64,000 nucleotides of DNA from an uncultured Phycisphaerales bacterium (GCA_963758525.1 CAVWVQ010000003.1:1440001-1504000), one strand, 5' to 3'. Positions 20,817-32,321 are shown, counted from the first letter of the stretch. Made by a program: numbers and translations. The notes: generated from the letters alone by a model not told the origin.

Positions 20817-22262
20817 ATGAGTCAACGTCCGCAAATCTTCGAACGTGTACTCGTGGCATGTGTCATTGCGACAATTCTAATTCCCGCCATTCTCAGAGCG
20901 GAGGAACCTGACGCTGAGATCATTACTCAGGTGGCCACCGGTGTCGGTGTCGATGAGCAACACGCGGAGGTTGAGGCCCTCCGGGACGCAGTCCAGCAAG
21001 CGGCCGGCTCAATCATTTCGGCTGAGACTCTCGTGAAAAACGATGAACTGATTCGTGATAAGGTGCTCATATACAGCAGTGGCATCGTGAAAACTCACGA
21101 AGTAGTGGGATCACCGACAAAGACGGACGGCGGCTTGGTGCGGGTGACGGTCAGGGCACAGGTCGAGAGACGGGAACTAATCAAACGACTTGAGGGTGCA
21201 TCAATCAGCGTGACCAATGTTGACGGAGGAAATCTGCTGGCAAGGTGGGAGGCGCAACTGAAGAACACGACAGACGGAATTGAAATATTTCGCACAATCC
21301 TCAACGGAGTCAATCCCCGAATTTTACGAGCTGAAGTCGCCGGCGAGCCAAGGATCATCAAGGCCGACCCCACTGACGTTCTGGTTGGTGTGACAGTTCA
21401 TTTCTCAGTCGACCCTGAGAAATACAAGCAATGGCGGGAAGCGAGCGCTCCGTATCTGCGTCGTTTAGCCGTTGATTCAGCCGACTTCGAATGGGGGCCG
21501 GGCAAGGGACTTTTGCAAACACTCGCCGAGGTACAGGCAGATGCACATGGCCTCCTCGGCCATTACCCTCTGAGCCAGCTGCGCATCTCCCCGGAAAGCA
21601 GAAAAGAGGATGCTGATTGTTGGGGCTACGCATCCATGAGTGAGTCCGATATGGGAAAATCACTCGCTTACCCATATTTCAACATGGAGGCGAAGCACTG
21701 GTGGCCGGAGCAGTTTCACCATCCCACAGCGCTGATCGTGGTTGACCGTTTTCCCCGCGGCACCGCACGGATCTACGCGATTCCTCAAGAGCTTTTTGCC
21801 GCACTCGTTCCACACAAGGGCGGTGAGGACGAGAAAAGCACGACACCGAAAATTCGCATACGCTTGTGTGACGGCCTCGGGACGGAAATTTACTCCACCG
21901 AAGCGAGTACACTGTTTGAGGATGATCTCCACCGTTGGACGTCCATATTTAGTGCGACGTCCGTCTGGTTCACCGACCGATACCGCGATGGCGTGCAAAA
22001 TATGCTTCCGATGGACGGGTCGAGAGTGGTGACAGGAATGCTTGCGGAGGAAACCGAGCACGCCAGCCAATTCGCATGGCTAGTTATGCCAGCCCTCGCA
22101 GCGAGAGGTCCGAACACCGCTACGTCTCACGGGATTATGGCGGGCTTCAATTACGAATTTCGATTGAACCTTGCAAAGAACGATTGGACTAGGGTGAAAC
22201 GGATCGAAGTCGAAGTTCTGCAGGGCGCTGCTGGACAAGCAGTCAATCACCCTTCCCCTTAA
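20817..22262 (+). CDS. secreted protein with N-terminal LPP20/FlgT-N-like domain
   Basis: Signal peptide. VATGVG...ALRDAVQQAAGSIISAETLVKNDELIRDKVL...VRVTVRAQV is shared with the ORFs at 26396 and 27669. Confidence 0.65.
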   Translation: MSQRPQIFERVLVACVIATILIPAILRAEEPDAEIITQVATGVGVDEQHAEVEALRDAVQQAAGSIISAETLVKNDELIRDKVLIYSSGIVKTHEVVGSPTKTDGGLVRVTVRAQVERRELIKRLEGASISVTNVDGGNLLARWEAQLKNTTDGIEIFRTILNGVNPRILRAEVAGEPRIIKADPTDVLVGVTVHFSVDPEKYKQWREASAPYLRRLAVDSADFEWGPGKGLLQTLAEVQADAHGLLGHYPLSQLRISPESRKEDADCWGYASMSESDMGKSLAYPYFNMEAKHWWPEQFHHPTALIVVDRFPRGTARIYAIPQELFAALVPHKGGEDEKSTTPKIRIRLCDGLGTEIYSTEASTLFEDDLHRWTSIFSATSVWFTDRYRDGVQNMLPMDGSRVVTGMLAEETEHASQFAWLVMPALAARGPNTATSHGIMAGFNYEFRLNLAKNDWTRVKRIEVEVLQGAAGQAVNHPSP

Positions 22263-22447
22263 ACAATCTTCCGAATGAGAAAACGGAAGATAGTAGCGCT
22301 GGCGCGGAGAGAAACCATAGACATCACTAACCGATTACCAGGAACGGCCGCCGTTGCCGCCGACCAAACGCATGAACATGCAACACATCTCAACTCAGTT
22401 CAACGGCACGGGATCGTTCGTACTAATTTGAATTGCGAAAAGGAACA

Positions 22448-23744
22448 CTAATCCAACCTGATGGCCAAGGCATAATAGAACACGGTGCCGTCGGAGCTTT
22501 TCCAGGTTCCGGCTGGCTGCATGCCCTTGACTATCCCATGAACCTTGGCGCTGACGGTTGAATCGTGGACCCGCGACACATGAACGGTGGTCTGGCCGGC
22601 ACTCTTGGTAATTGTCGTGGTATCAACTTCGATCTCGTGCACCACGATCGTTTCCTGGTCGGCAAAGGTAACCGCCTCCCGCTGCGCATGAGCCTGACCG
22701 ACCTTAATCTGCCGAAGGCGCTCATCAGGAGAATCGCCGTCAACTGGCGTGGTACCAACCGCGATGAAATAGCTGGCATCGCCTCCGCGAACCACCGCAG
22801 CCCCACCCATGGACAGCAACAGCCCATCCCTAGCCAGGAGGGCTGCGAATGGCTCTTCGAGATGTGCATTACGGATGCTGCTCGGCGGCGACGTCGGAGC
22901 TGCCGCCGGCTGGCTGGCGGGCCAGCGCCGGCCGATCTCTGCTTGGAACTTCCTCGCCGTTTCGTCACGATGAGTTTTGGCTGCCAATTCGACGAGCGTT
23001 TGAAGCAATTCGCGGGAAGGAGCCGGAGCATCAGGACCTACATCGTAGAGTTGATAGAACAGGTGAATGCTCGACTCGAAATCACCGCGAGTGAGATAAA
23101 AATGACCGAGGCCGTTTAGCGCCTCGATCCGCATCCCCCGTAACACCCGCATCGAGATTGACATGCCAACTCGCCGCCCTTGCGTAGGCGATGGTTTCCG
23201 CATCCTGCACTCCCCGGGCCGTCAGCGCGGCCAGACGTGTCGCAGCTTCCTTGAATTGTTTCGCGTCGAATAACGCGATGGCCTTGATCCGCGCTTTCTT
23301 GGGGTTGAAAACAAGCTGAACGCGGACCCCATCCTTCTTGACGATACCGATGAGAAACAGTCCGGCGCGCTTATCGATCTTATACGTCGCGGCAGTATGG
23401 AAACCGTTGATATCCGCGTGCAGGTCATTGGAGTCCTCATCAACATCGGGATGATCCGCCAGCGCGGCTTGGAGGGCAATGCCACGGCGGGAATCGTTCT
23501 CGGCGATCTGCAATTCCGTCCGCTGATCCTTGCCTGCGCCGAGGGAGTCGATGTCAATGGAGTGGCCCGTAGCCACCCAATAATCTCCGGCAGCCCATGC
23601 GCCGACGCCGTCATACGCTTCGGCGGGTATCACACCTTTGAATGCCGGGTCTTGGGTCAAGACGCCGCCACCTGCGGCGGACGCCACTGTCAACACAAGG
23701 ATCATTGGTGCTAAGCGCGAAATACATACGTACTTTAGCCTCAT
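22448..23744 (-). CDS. secreted protein with LPP20-like domains and a central TPR-like segment (frameshift ~23135)
   Basis: Signal peptide in ORF 23082..23897. EALNGLGHFYLTRGDFESSIHLF TPR-like segment and YFIAVG...AQREAVTF...GIVKGMQP in ORF 22448..23203. Shift falls in a C5 run. Confidence 0.55.
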
Positions 23745-23769
23745 ACGTAGAGAAATGTTGTTCTCAGCC

Positions 23770-24507
23770 TTACTTGAAATCGTCGGCCTCCGGATTGGTC
23801 CTTGTCTCCGGCGCGGCCTTGCCGTCATCCGCGGGGCCATTTTGGTTTGCCCCAGATGACGCTCCCGCAGCCGGATTCCCTGAGCGCTCAATGGCATCGC
23901 GGACGCGTTGCGCCTGCGTCAGGGTTTTCTGTGACAGTCCTACGACCAACGAGAAAGTCTTTTGGTCGTCACTGACTTGAGTTTGCAGGACAATCAGTCC
24001 TCGCAATACCGCCTTCGAATAGGATCCATCTGTATCGACGAACGTTTTGACTTCCGTCCCTTCCTGCTTGACCAGCTTCACAACATTGCCGGCGGCATCC
24101 GTGCTTTTGTCGCCCTTGGTAACAATGCTGCGTGTCGAATTGCTCGCCTCCGTAAACACACAGTTTTCATCCAGCCATTGCGACAGCGCCTTCTTGCACT
24201 GGGTGTTGGCGTCCCGCTCTGCCAATCGCTTGCCCTTGGCGCCGCCGAGCACATCTTCGATTTCCACCGTCGCCTTGACGACGAGCGACTTGAAGCTGCC
24301 ATCAGGATTGGTCTTGACCAAAAGCACACCGTCCGGCAACCCTTTGAGTTCCGAAGCGAGGTCCGTCGCTGGGGCGGGCACATTCGAGGCGGGTTGAGTC
24401 GACGGCTCACCGAGTGGAATCTTGTCCTCCGCCCCTGCTTGCCCAATGAGCAAGGCCGCTGACAACATGCCGAACGCGAAACAATACCTGTACATCATGA
24501 TGGTCAC
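23770..24507 (-). CDS. secreted LPP20-like protein
   Basis: Signal peptide. AERDANTQCKKALSQWL...SKAVLRGLIVLQ...VVGLSQKT. Confidence 0.55.
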   Translation of the reverse strand: MTIMMYRYCFAFGMLSAALLIGQAGAEDKIPLGEPSTQPASNVPAPATDLASELKGLPDGVLLVKTNPDGSFKSLVVKATVEIEDVLGGAKGKRLAERDANTQCKKALSQWLDENCVFTEASNSTRSIVTKGDKSTDAAGNVVKLVKQEGTEVKTFVDTDGSYSKAVLRGLIVLQTQVSDDQKTFSLVVGLSQKTLTQAQRVRDAIERSGNPAAGASSGANQNGPADDGKAAPETRTNPEADDFK

Positions 24508-24718
24508 CTTTCTGTACTAAGGACCTCAACCGTTTCGTCCCGCGGCCACGTCCACAGATTTGACTTGTCCTGCATGAATTGTGGAATCGCACGAACTCCG
24601 CCACCGGAACGCCCTGTTCGGACAATGATGCTAGCTCAGACGATAGGGAATGCAAAAATATACGCATTATAAATTCGCGGAGAATCGTCATATCTGCCAT
24701 TCTGGACGCTGCCGTGAG

Positions 24719-26184
24719 GGGTGTGGCAATTCTCTGTGGGGGCGGATATGAAGTCAGCGGCTCCGCCTTAACGGCATGGAGGCCGCATGAACCGCGAGCA
24801 GGTCAAACGGGACATCACTGAACAATTTCAAATCTCTCTGGACGCGGTGGAGAAAGCACCGGATGGCAGCTGGATTGCCGCCAGCGAGTGGCAGATTCGG
24901 GAGATTTTCCAGAAGCTGATGGCCGCTTCGTACCAGAAGTTGCTTCAGGCGAAGCTGGATGCCGCCGATCAGGCGGCCTTTTCCCCCTCAGGCCAAGGCA
25001 CCCCCCAGCAAGGGGCAGCGCGCGGTGGACGTGCTCAGCGCCGGAGGTGAAATCCGCCTGAGCCGTCAATATCGCTGGAAGAAGGGGAAGGGGCTGTGTC
25101 CTGCCGACGAGGCGTTGGGGATCGTCCAATCGGATCTTTCGCCGGGAGCCCGGGAATTGTGCTGTCTGATGGCAATTGACAGCGACTTTGAACAGTCCGC
25201 GCAGGACCTCAAACGTGTGGGGGGCATGTCGGTAAGCGAGGAGCGGTTGCGTCAAGTCACCGAAGCAGAAGGCGGCAATGTGCGGGAAACGCGCGACAAG
25301 GGGCAGCTTCCCGCGGCATGGTCGGCTGATGATGCGCGGCTGGCTGACGGTCGCAGCCGCATCTATGTCGGCGTGGACGGGGTGATGGCGCCAGCGGTGA
25401 CACAGACGGAGAAGAACAAGCGTCGCGAGGCGCACCTCGCCCGGCGGCGGCACGGCAAGGGGAATCTCAAGCCTCTGGCGGCGTCCAAAGCCGGCAGCGA
25501 CGAGAAGTTCAAGGAGAAGAAGATCGGGATTTTCTACAATCAGGAAAAGACGCTTCGGCATGCGTTCGCCACGGAGGATACGTCTGAGAAGTTCGGTCCG
25601 TTGCTGCGCAGCTATGCGGCGCAGGTGGGCTTTGAGAAAGCCGACGAGACGATCTGCCTGATCGACGGGATCTATCGGCAGGTTTGCCGGGCGCTGCTAT
25701 GCCTGCAACTGATCCTGCTGGACTTCTATCATCTGGCCGAGCACGTCTATGCGACGGCGCGATGCTGCCTGGGAGAAACCGAAGCCGCCAGAGCTTGGGG
25801 CGCCCAGTGCATGGTGCTGGCAAAGGCGTCGGACGTGAAGGGAATGTTGCTGGCCATTGAGGCGTTGGGAAAGAAGGTGCGATCGTCGGCCAAGAGGAAA
25901 AGCGTTGCGGGGCTGCGGAAGTATATTGAGCAGCGCCGGGAAATACTGGGATATGCCAGGGCACTGCAGAAAGACCAGGACATCGGCTCAGGGCCCACCG
26001 AAGCGTGCTGCAAGACACTGACGCTACGGCCGAAGCGGCCGGGAATGAAGTGGGACAGTGATAACGCGGCAGCGATGATGAACCTTCTGGCCATGCGGGA
26101 AAGCGGCCAATGGAAAGCGTATTGGACCCAGCAGGTTGGCAAGGCTGCCTGATTGAGGAGACCCCACTAAGAATTGCCACACCC
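24719..26184 (+). mobile_element. ISKra4/ISLre2-like (IS256-related) insertion sequence, 1466 bp
   Basis: TIRs GGGTGTGGCAATTCTCTGTGGGG / CCCCACTAAGAATTGCCACACCC. 8-bp TSD GCCGTGAG at 24711-24718 and 26185-26192. Confidence 0.9.
24787..26152 (+). CDS. DDE transposase in two overlapping frames
   Basis: YVGVDG, LIDG, LDFYHLAEHV and IGSGPTEACCK motifs. The frames overlap across TTTTCCCCC at 24979-24987. Confidence 0.85.
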
Positions 26185-26395
26185 GCCGTGAGTGGGAGTG
26201 GTGCTATCGCTGGCTTCACATCCGTCCAATCGTTAGCATACTGTGTGTTCATTTCGGGGAGAGGTCTGCGGCGGCGGCGCCAAGATCTGGAGCGAGCAAA
26301 AACATAAGGCAGAATGAACGCGCGCTTCGATTTCTCTCAGGACACCGATTTTGATCCCGGCGCGATGGTCGTGTTCTCAACATACTGGAGACAAG

Positions 26396-27589
26396 ATGAG
26401 CTTCTACAAGGTCCTTGCCTGTGTCGTCGTCAGCACAGTAACAATGGCGGTAACGGTGCTGTCCGAAGAACTGACAGCACCATCGAATGTCGATCTCGTA
26501 ACATCTGGCGTTGGAAAGGACGAAACGGCGGCCACCAAGGATGCCCTCAGCAATGCCGTGTCTCAGGCGATTGGACAATTCGTGTCTGCGGACACACTCG
26601 TGCAAAACGACCAGTTGGTTCGCGACCAAATCCTCACGTACAGCGATGGATTTGTGGAGCACTTCGACGCCGTTGGAAAGCCGCGTCTGACCGATGGCGG
26701 CCTCGTTTCTGTGACGATCCGGGCAACCGTGCGCCGCAGCAAGCTTCTGGAGAAGGTGAAAGCGTCCAACATCAGCGTGACTGCGGTTGATGGAAAGAGC
26801 CTGTTTGGAGAGGCTGTCACCAAGCAGGAGCAGTGCGCGTCGGCGGTTGATCTGGTCGCGAAGGAATTCAGCGGCGCGCAGCAGGGCTTGATAAAGGTGG
26901 AGGTGGCGGGGAAGCCGACGTATGACGACCGAACGCGAACGGTTAACGCCGCCTTAACTATCGCTATTGACCAAGATGCATACCGCAAGTTCGTCCGACG
27001 TGTCGAGCAAGTTCTGGATCAGACCGCTATTGAGCAAGTCGCAATTGTCGGCGATGGCCACCTCGGCTCCGGTAACCCGCGGGGACTAACATATGTCGCC
27101 GAGGTAAATGCCCTCAAGTTTCGGTGGCCCGGCCGGGACAAGCCGAGTCCCGGGCTGGTGGTATGCGACCGCTTGAGTAACGACCTCAAATCGACAAAGT
27201 GGAAGGCCTATGCACTTGCCCCGGAGATCGTCAAGGCTGTCAGGGACGTGATGGAACCGCTTTCGATCTCCGTTGATCTTCTGGACGAGCACGGTGAAGC
27301 AGTGGATAGCTGCAATCTTCCGCTTAACAAAGCAATCGACCACTACCCCTACATTAGTACTCCGATAAGTTTGGACGGTGATTGGGTAATGGTGGCACCC
27401 GTATCGGGCGGCCACGCGTCCCTTGGAATATGGGCGAATGACGCACAGCGCAGTCGGTCGATTCCTCTCACGTTCTCGTTGAGCCCCGATCAACTTCGTA
27501 CTGTCGCCTCGATTCGCTGCACCGTGGCGGGGTCGCGGGGTTCATCGTCACCCGATGGCGCTACTGGGAAATCCGGGCAATCGAGGTAA
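26396..27589 (+). CDS. secreted LPP20/FlgT-N-like protein (paralog)
   Basis: GGAG RBS and signal peptide. VTSGVG...ALSNAVSQAIGQFVSADTLVQNDQLVRDQIL. Confidence 0.65.
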   Translation: MSFYKVLACVVVSTVTMAVTVLSEELTAPSNVDLVTSGVGKDETAATKDALSNAVSQAIGQFVSADTLVQNDQLVRDQILTYSDGFVEHFDAVGKPRLTDGGLVSVTIRATVRRSKLLEKVKASNISVTAVDGKSLFGEAVTKQEQCASAVDLVAKEFSGAQQGLIKVEVAGKPTYDDRTRTVNAALTIAIDQDAYRKFVRRVEQVLDQTAIEQVAIVGDGHLGSGNPRGLTYVAEVNALKFRWPGRDKPSPGLVVCDRLSNDLKSTKWKAYALAPEIVKAVRDVMEPLSISVDLLDEHGEAVDSCNLPLNKAIDHYPYISTPISLDGDWVMVAPVSGGHASLGIWANDAQRSRSIPLTFSLSPDQLRTVASIRCTVAGSRGSSSPDGATGKSGQSR

Positions 27590-27668
27590 CACAGGAAGAC
27601 ACCGCGGAGACCCCGCAACACCGTGCGATTTGACCATTTTGCTTCAGCGGTTGACTGGGGATCGTCAC

Positions 27669-28674
27669 ATGCCTTCGGGAATGAAATTGACGCTGTCGCT
27701 TCTGGTGCTAACGCTGCCGGTCATCGGGACTGCGCCGGTTCTTGCGGACGAGGCAAAAGTCCCGTCCGAGATCGCAATCATTGCCTCGGGAACCGGCGTC
27801 GACGAGAACGCCGCGCTGAAGCAGGCGTTCGAGAATGCCATCATGCAGGCCATCGGCACGATTGTCGATGCCGAGACGGTTGTAAAGAACGAGCAAATCA
27901 TTACTGACCAGGTGCTGACAGCGTCAAATGCGATCATTACGCATTACGACCTCATCGGAGCGCCGAAGGCATCGGGTGGCGTGGTGACGGTCAAAATCAA
28001 GGCAACGGTCCTGAGGAAACAATTGACCGCCCGCCTTGCCGCCGCCAACGTGACCTCCAAGCCAGTGGAGGGGAAGGATTTGTTCGCACAAGCGGTAACC
28101 GACCTGCAGCGCGAAAAGGATGCTGCCGCAATCATCCGGAGGGGCCGGGGTAAATCTCGCTGCAAATGACGATCCGAAGTCGTCGACGCTCGCCTTAGTT
28201 GAGCGCGCCGGCAGATCCAACGTAACGCTGCTGTACTTCGACGATGCCCTGGGACGCGAGATCGTGCAAGCCGCACTCGCTGTGCCCGCCGTGGAGATAC
28301 GACTCAAGGATCAAGCGGAGACGGAGTTGAGCACGTATACGGGCTCGCTGTTGTTCCACAGCACAGACGGCTGGGCTTTTGACGGGCGTGACAGCGTCCC
28401 GGCTGAGGCCCAAATCTGCGTGACACCATTTTTTAATCCATGGATGACGTCACGATATTTAGATTTCGATAATAATATGAATCGAAGGGCCATCGTCATC
28501 GCGCCGTACATCGATTGCAGGATGAACCCCCTCGACGGGAGTTTTCTTCTCACTGCATACGATGTCGAATACAAGTTCGTTGTCCCACTTGAGCGGTTAA
28601 AGCAGCTTAAGAATGTCGAACTCAAGGTTTCTTCGGGGCCTGACCCGCCTGCCCGGCAACCGCTGTTTCCATAA
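27669..28674 (+). pseudogene. third FlgT-N-like paralog with frameshift/internal deletion near 28140
   Basis: N-terminal domain in ORF 27555..28169. C-terminal VEIRLKD...YKFVVPLERLKQLKNVELKV in ORF 28120..28674 resembles the paralog C-termini. Confidence 0.6.
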
Positions 28675-29148
28675 GTGAGGCGGCCAACTTCGTACAGCAA
28701 TAATTGCGGTGCGCGTGGACTCTGCCCGGTGTGCGGCGGTGAGACAAATTCATGTGAGGTGACCGTTGCTGGTTGCCGCTTCAATTTTCAATTCGGCGCG
28801 CAATATCCATCGCAGATGCCGAACGGTCCTCTTCTCTCCTCTCAATGGTTACGCAAGAGCGAGCCGCTCAACGGGCGGACGACTGTCTCTGGTGTCCCTG
28901 AAGTACCGTGTCCGTTCCGCCAACCCATCTTCACCCAGGGGAATTGACTTGCCAAGAGGGCCCACTTAGAGGTGTCGCATGGAAGCAGCAGCGGTCCGTT
29001 CATCGGCGGAGGTCTGGCGCGAACGCGTTGAGTCGCAAAGGCTGAGGCCTGCGCGGCGATGAACCGCGGTCGCACCCAGCCCGGCAAGCAAAGATCTGGT
29101 TCTACCTTGACTCATCCGCCTCGCCCCGCTGTCCCTGATAGCTAAAGA

Positions 29149-29185
29149 AGGGGCTCCTCATCGGTTGATCGATGATGAGCCCCCC
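29149..29185 (-). terminator. hairpin after the sigma-like gene
   Basis: GGGGCTCCTCATCG-gttgat-CGATGATGAGCCCC immediately after the stop codon. Confidence 0.45.
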
Positions 29186-29188
29186 TGT

Positions 29189-29785
29189 TCATGCCGCCTG
29201 CTTCTGGAACACCGCCCACTCACGCTCGTACCGCCTGCGCAGTTGCGACACCCTTCCTTCTGAGATCGCAAACCGCTCGGCTACGGCCATGGTTCGCTCG
29301 CCGCAGATGAACGCGGCAATGATGTGCCGGTCACGTCGTGTCAGGATCCTCAGCCAGCAGGCGAAGTCGATCCGAAACGCCGCCAGATCCGGAATCGGCA
29401 CCCTGCGGTCTTCGATGGCGATTTGTTTCCAGCCGTCGGTCGCATCGCCTCCGGGGTGGGGGTCGGCGCTGAAGACGCGAATCCCGCGGCGTTTCTGGCA
29501 GGCCGGCGACATGACATCCTTCGGGGAGTCCTGCCTGCCGCCGACGTGCCGGCCACTGCGAACGAAGTTCACCGCGTACTTTGCCAGCATGCTGCCGCGG
29601 GCGGCGTGGAGCTGGCCCTTCGCGGCCAGGCGTTGATAGCTGGCGCAGGCGCTCGCGATGGCTTCCTGGATAGCGTCTTCGCGCTTGTGGGCGGGCAGTC
29701 CGCGGAACTGAATCCTGGCGTGCTCTCGGACAGTGGGCAGGACGGTCATGAAGCCCGCCTGCCAGGTGGATTGGACAGCAGTCAT
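29189..29785 (-). CDS. divergent sigma-70-like protein (region 2-like and region 4 HTH)
   Basis: REDAIQEAIASA region-2-like helix. LTRRDRHIIAAF...TMAVAERFAISEGRVSQLRRR region-4 HTH. AAGGGAG RBS. Confidence 0.6.
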   Translation of the reverse strand: MTAVQSTWQAGFMTVLPTVREHARIQFRGLPAHKREDAIQEAIASACASYQRLAAKGQLHAARGSMLAKYAVNFVRSGRHVGGRQDSPKDVMSPACQKRRGIRVFSADPHPGGDATDGWKQIAIEDRRVPIPDLAAFRIDFACWLRILTRRDRHIIAAFICGERTMAVAERFAISEGRVSQLRRRYEREWAVFQKQAA

Positions 29786-30128
29786 GGGACGACTCCCTTC
29801 AGGTAGGGACCGTCCCCGTGTGAGGACGGCCTTGTGGTGAAACAAAGCCGCCCCCGCACGATGCGAGGGCGAAACAGAACAGGTCAGCTGGTGTTCAGGG
29901 CGTTACGACGCCGAGTTCAGTGCATGGCGCTACTCACGACGGTGACATGAAATCTCCTTTGCCCGTGGTGACAGGCGCTATGGAGTTGAGCTTCGCGTGG
30001 CCGCGCATGCAGCCGTGGGCAGCTAACCGGTCCATCTCTATTGACGCGAAAGCGCCATTACTTAAGGACGGCACGCTACGCAGGATGGTGCATTTCTGCT
30101 GCTGCGCCGCTGATTACATATGTCTGAC

Positions 30129-30200
30129 AACCCGCCAAACCCGCCATTCCCACCGTCAAGGTCGAATCGCGTGAAGAATGGCGGGAATGGCGGGTTTCCC
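30129..30200. repeat. short family-B iteron palindrome
   Basis: AACCCGCCAAACCCGCCATTCCCACC ... AATGGCGGGAATGGCGGGTTTCCC. Related half-site at 34956-34981. Confidence 0.75.
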
Positions 30201-30898
30201 AAGAATGGTGTTGACCAGTGCGAAAGTCTTCGCAGCAAGAGTGCGACGGAGCCGTACCAAAACGCTCGGGGCGCATCTGTGCGGTCGCATCGCCCGGGAA
30301 TGGTCTTACAATGCGCAGCGTGATGGAGTCGACGTCATCGCCGCAATCGGAGAACGTACGCGAAAGCCAAGAGCTCGCCGGACGTAAGCTGCAGCGCGGT
30401 CTCAAGCCGCCGTAGCTTCTCGTCGCAGTGGGGATTCTTGACCTTGCCGCCGCGAACCGCTGTGTGGTACGAGTGTGTACGTTTTGGACGCGATGCTCTG
30501 GGGTTTGGGGAACGAAGTGGCGGGATAGGCCGACGGCAAGACGCAATGATCGTCTTCCGGCAATTTGCTGAGCGGCTGGAATCAATTGGCGATATTCGAT
30601 TTAACGTATCGGAGACCGCGATGATTTGTGAGAACGAACACACGGCAGGGCTTCGGGCGCAGATTCAACAGACCTGCCCGGGTGCCAAGAGCATCGTGTT
30701 CAGAACCGAGCCTATGTCCGGAGGATCAACATACCTCGTTGTGATCGATGGCGCGAGAGGTAGCAGCTTCACGGACTTCGCGAAACGGCGGCCGGCATTG
30801 CCGCGGGAATGTGGCGCCCAGCCGGGCCGCCGAAATAAGACTGGTCGCCCGGCGCGCGACCGATACTGCGGCGGCTTGCACTGGGCGCATGGCGGAAG

Positions 30899-31984
30899 AT
30901 GGCTACCATTGGAACTGTGAAAAAGGGAGGCAACCGTCGCCGTCGGCATCGGAAAGAACGTTGGATGCTCAGACGAGCGCAGCGGCATTTTAGAAAGCGC
31001 AGTCAAGCGGCCAGTAAGTCGCACGTCGCAAAATGGCGCGCGAGTGCAGACGCACGCAAGAGCGTAACCGTCGGAAGCGACAAGGGGCTCTTGATAATGC
31101 TGCCGCAGAGATTGGATTTTGAGGAGAATTACGAATCGACCGTTGAACACTTTAGAATCTTGCGCGATGCAACGCGCAGACGGTTGCGGGTCAGGAAACT
31201 GCAATTCGATGAGATAGAATTCATCTCGCCGGCAGCCGCGTTGGTGCTTGCCAGCGAAGTTGATCGATGGAATCAGTCGGTGGGCGGACGGCTACGGGCG
31301 GACGTAAGCTCCTGGAATGTGGATATCAGGCGACTTTTGTGCGAAATGGGGTTTTTCGAACTGCTAAAGTTGCCTCGCCCGCAGGTCGCGCCGTCAAAAA
31401 ACACCGTAACATTCTTAAATTTCATATCTGGAGAATCGGGGGTAGGAGATACCGGAAAGCTGGCACAGCAGCTCCGCATCAACATCGAAGCTATTGTTGA
31501 GAAAGGAATTCGGAGACGGTATCTATTCGAGGGACTGTCGGAGGCGATCACCAACGTCAGTCAGCATGCATACCCCAACTCGTTTAATCAACACAAAAAG
31601 CAGTGGTGGGTCTCGGCGTCTTTTGATAAGCAGCATCACGAATTGTATGTGATGTTCTACGATCAGGGTGCCGGAATCCCGAAAACACTTCCCAGCTCCG
31701 AGTTTTTCGAATCGATGAGGAGCTTATTTGGACGGTGGTCAGATTCTCAAAAGATTCAGGCTGCGATGGAGTACGGTAGAAGTGCTACCGGCAAGACCGA
31801 AAGAGGAAAAGGGCTGAGCAATCTCGTAGAATTTGCCAAGGTGCATGAGCAGGGTCGCCTATCGATCTACAGCCAACGAGGGCTTTTTCGTATTGCGCAC
31901 AAGGATCTCCAACAGGTGAACGATCGACGGGACCATAAGAATTCAATCGGCGGCACGCTCATCGAGTGGTCTGTTAAGTTGTAG
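30899..31984 (+). CDS. STAS-like + HATPase_c (anti-sigma/Ser kinase-like) protein
   Basis: FDEIEFISPAAALVL; N-box SEAITNVSQHAY; G1 FYDQGAGIP; G2 RGKGL; GTLIEW. Confidence 0.75.
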   Translation: MATIGTVKKGGNRRRRHRKERWMLRRAQRHFRKRSQAASKSHVAKWRASADARKSVTVGSDKGLLIMLPQRLDFEENYESTVEHFRILRDATRRRLRVRKLQFDEIEFISPAAALVLASEVDRWNQSVGGRLRADVSSWNVDIRRLLCEMGFFELLKLPRPQVAPSKNTVTFLNFISGESGVGDTGKLAQQLRINIEAIVEKGIRRRYLFEGLSEAITNVSQHAYPNSFNQHKKQWWVSASFDKQHHELYVMFYDQGAGIPKTLPSSEFFESMRSLFGRWSDSQKIQAAMEYGRSATGKTERGKGLSNLVEFAKVHEQGRLSIYSQRGLFRIAHKDLQQVNDRRDHKNSIGGTLIEWSVKL

Positions 31985-31994
31985 GGATGATGTC

Positions 31995-32321
31995 ATGAAA
32001 ACGATAAAAATAGCCTCCGAGTACTCCGACACGCCTTTGGGGCGGTTCCCTTCGGACGGAGACTACAACGGTACGCGATTTCGCGAAGAGTTTCTGCGGC
32101 CGGCCCTCCAAGTGGAGGACAGGGTTGTTGTAGACATTGACGAGGTCGAAGGCTACGGCTCTTCGTTTCTGGAGGAGGCGTTTGGCGGACTCGTGCGAGG
32201 CGGCGATTTCTCGGCGGATGGATTGCGAAAGAAGCTTGAGATTGCTTACAAAGACCCAGATTTCAAGATCTATGGGGATCTGATTTGGCGCTACATCGAG
32301 GAAGCGAAGAAAGATAAGTGA
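31995..32321 (+). CDS. STAS-like DUF4325 protein
   Basis: GRFPSDGDYNGTRFREEFL...VVVDIDEVEGYGSSFLEEAFGGL. Confidence 0.8.
   Translation: MKTIKIASEYSDTPLGRFPSDGDYNGTRFREEFLRPALQVEDRVVVDIDEVEGYGSSFLEEAFGGLVRGGDFSADGLRKKLEIAYKDPDFKIYGDLIWRYIEEAKKDK

Noticed and set aside
30438..30920. ORF upstream of the HATPase gene
   Set aside because: No recognisable motif and an uncertain start, so it cannot be supported as a gene.
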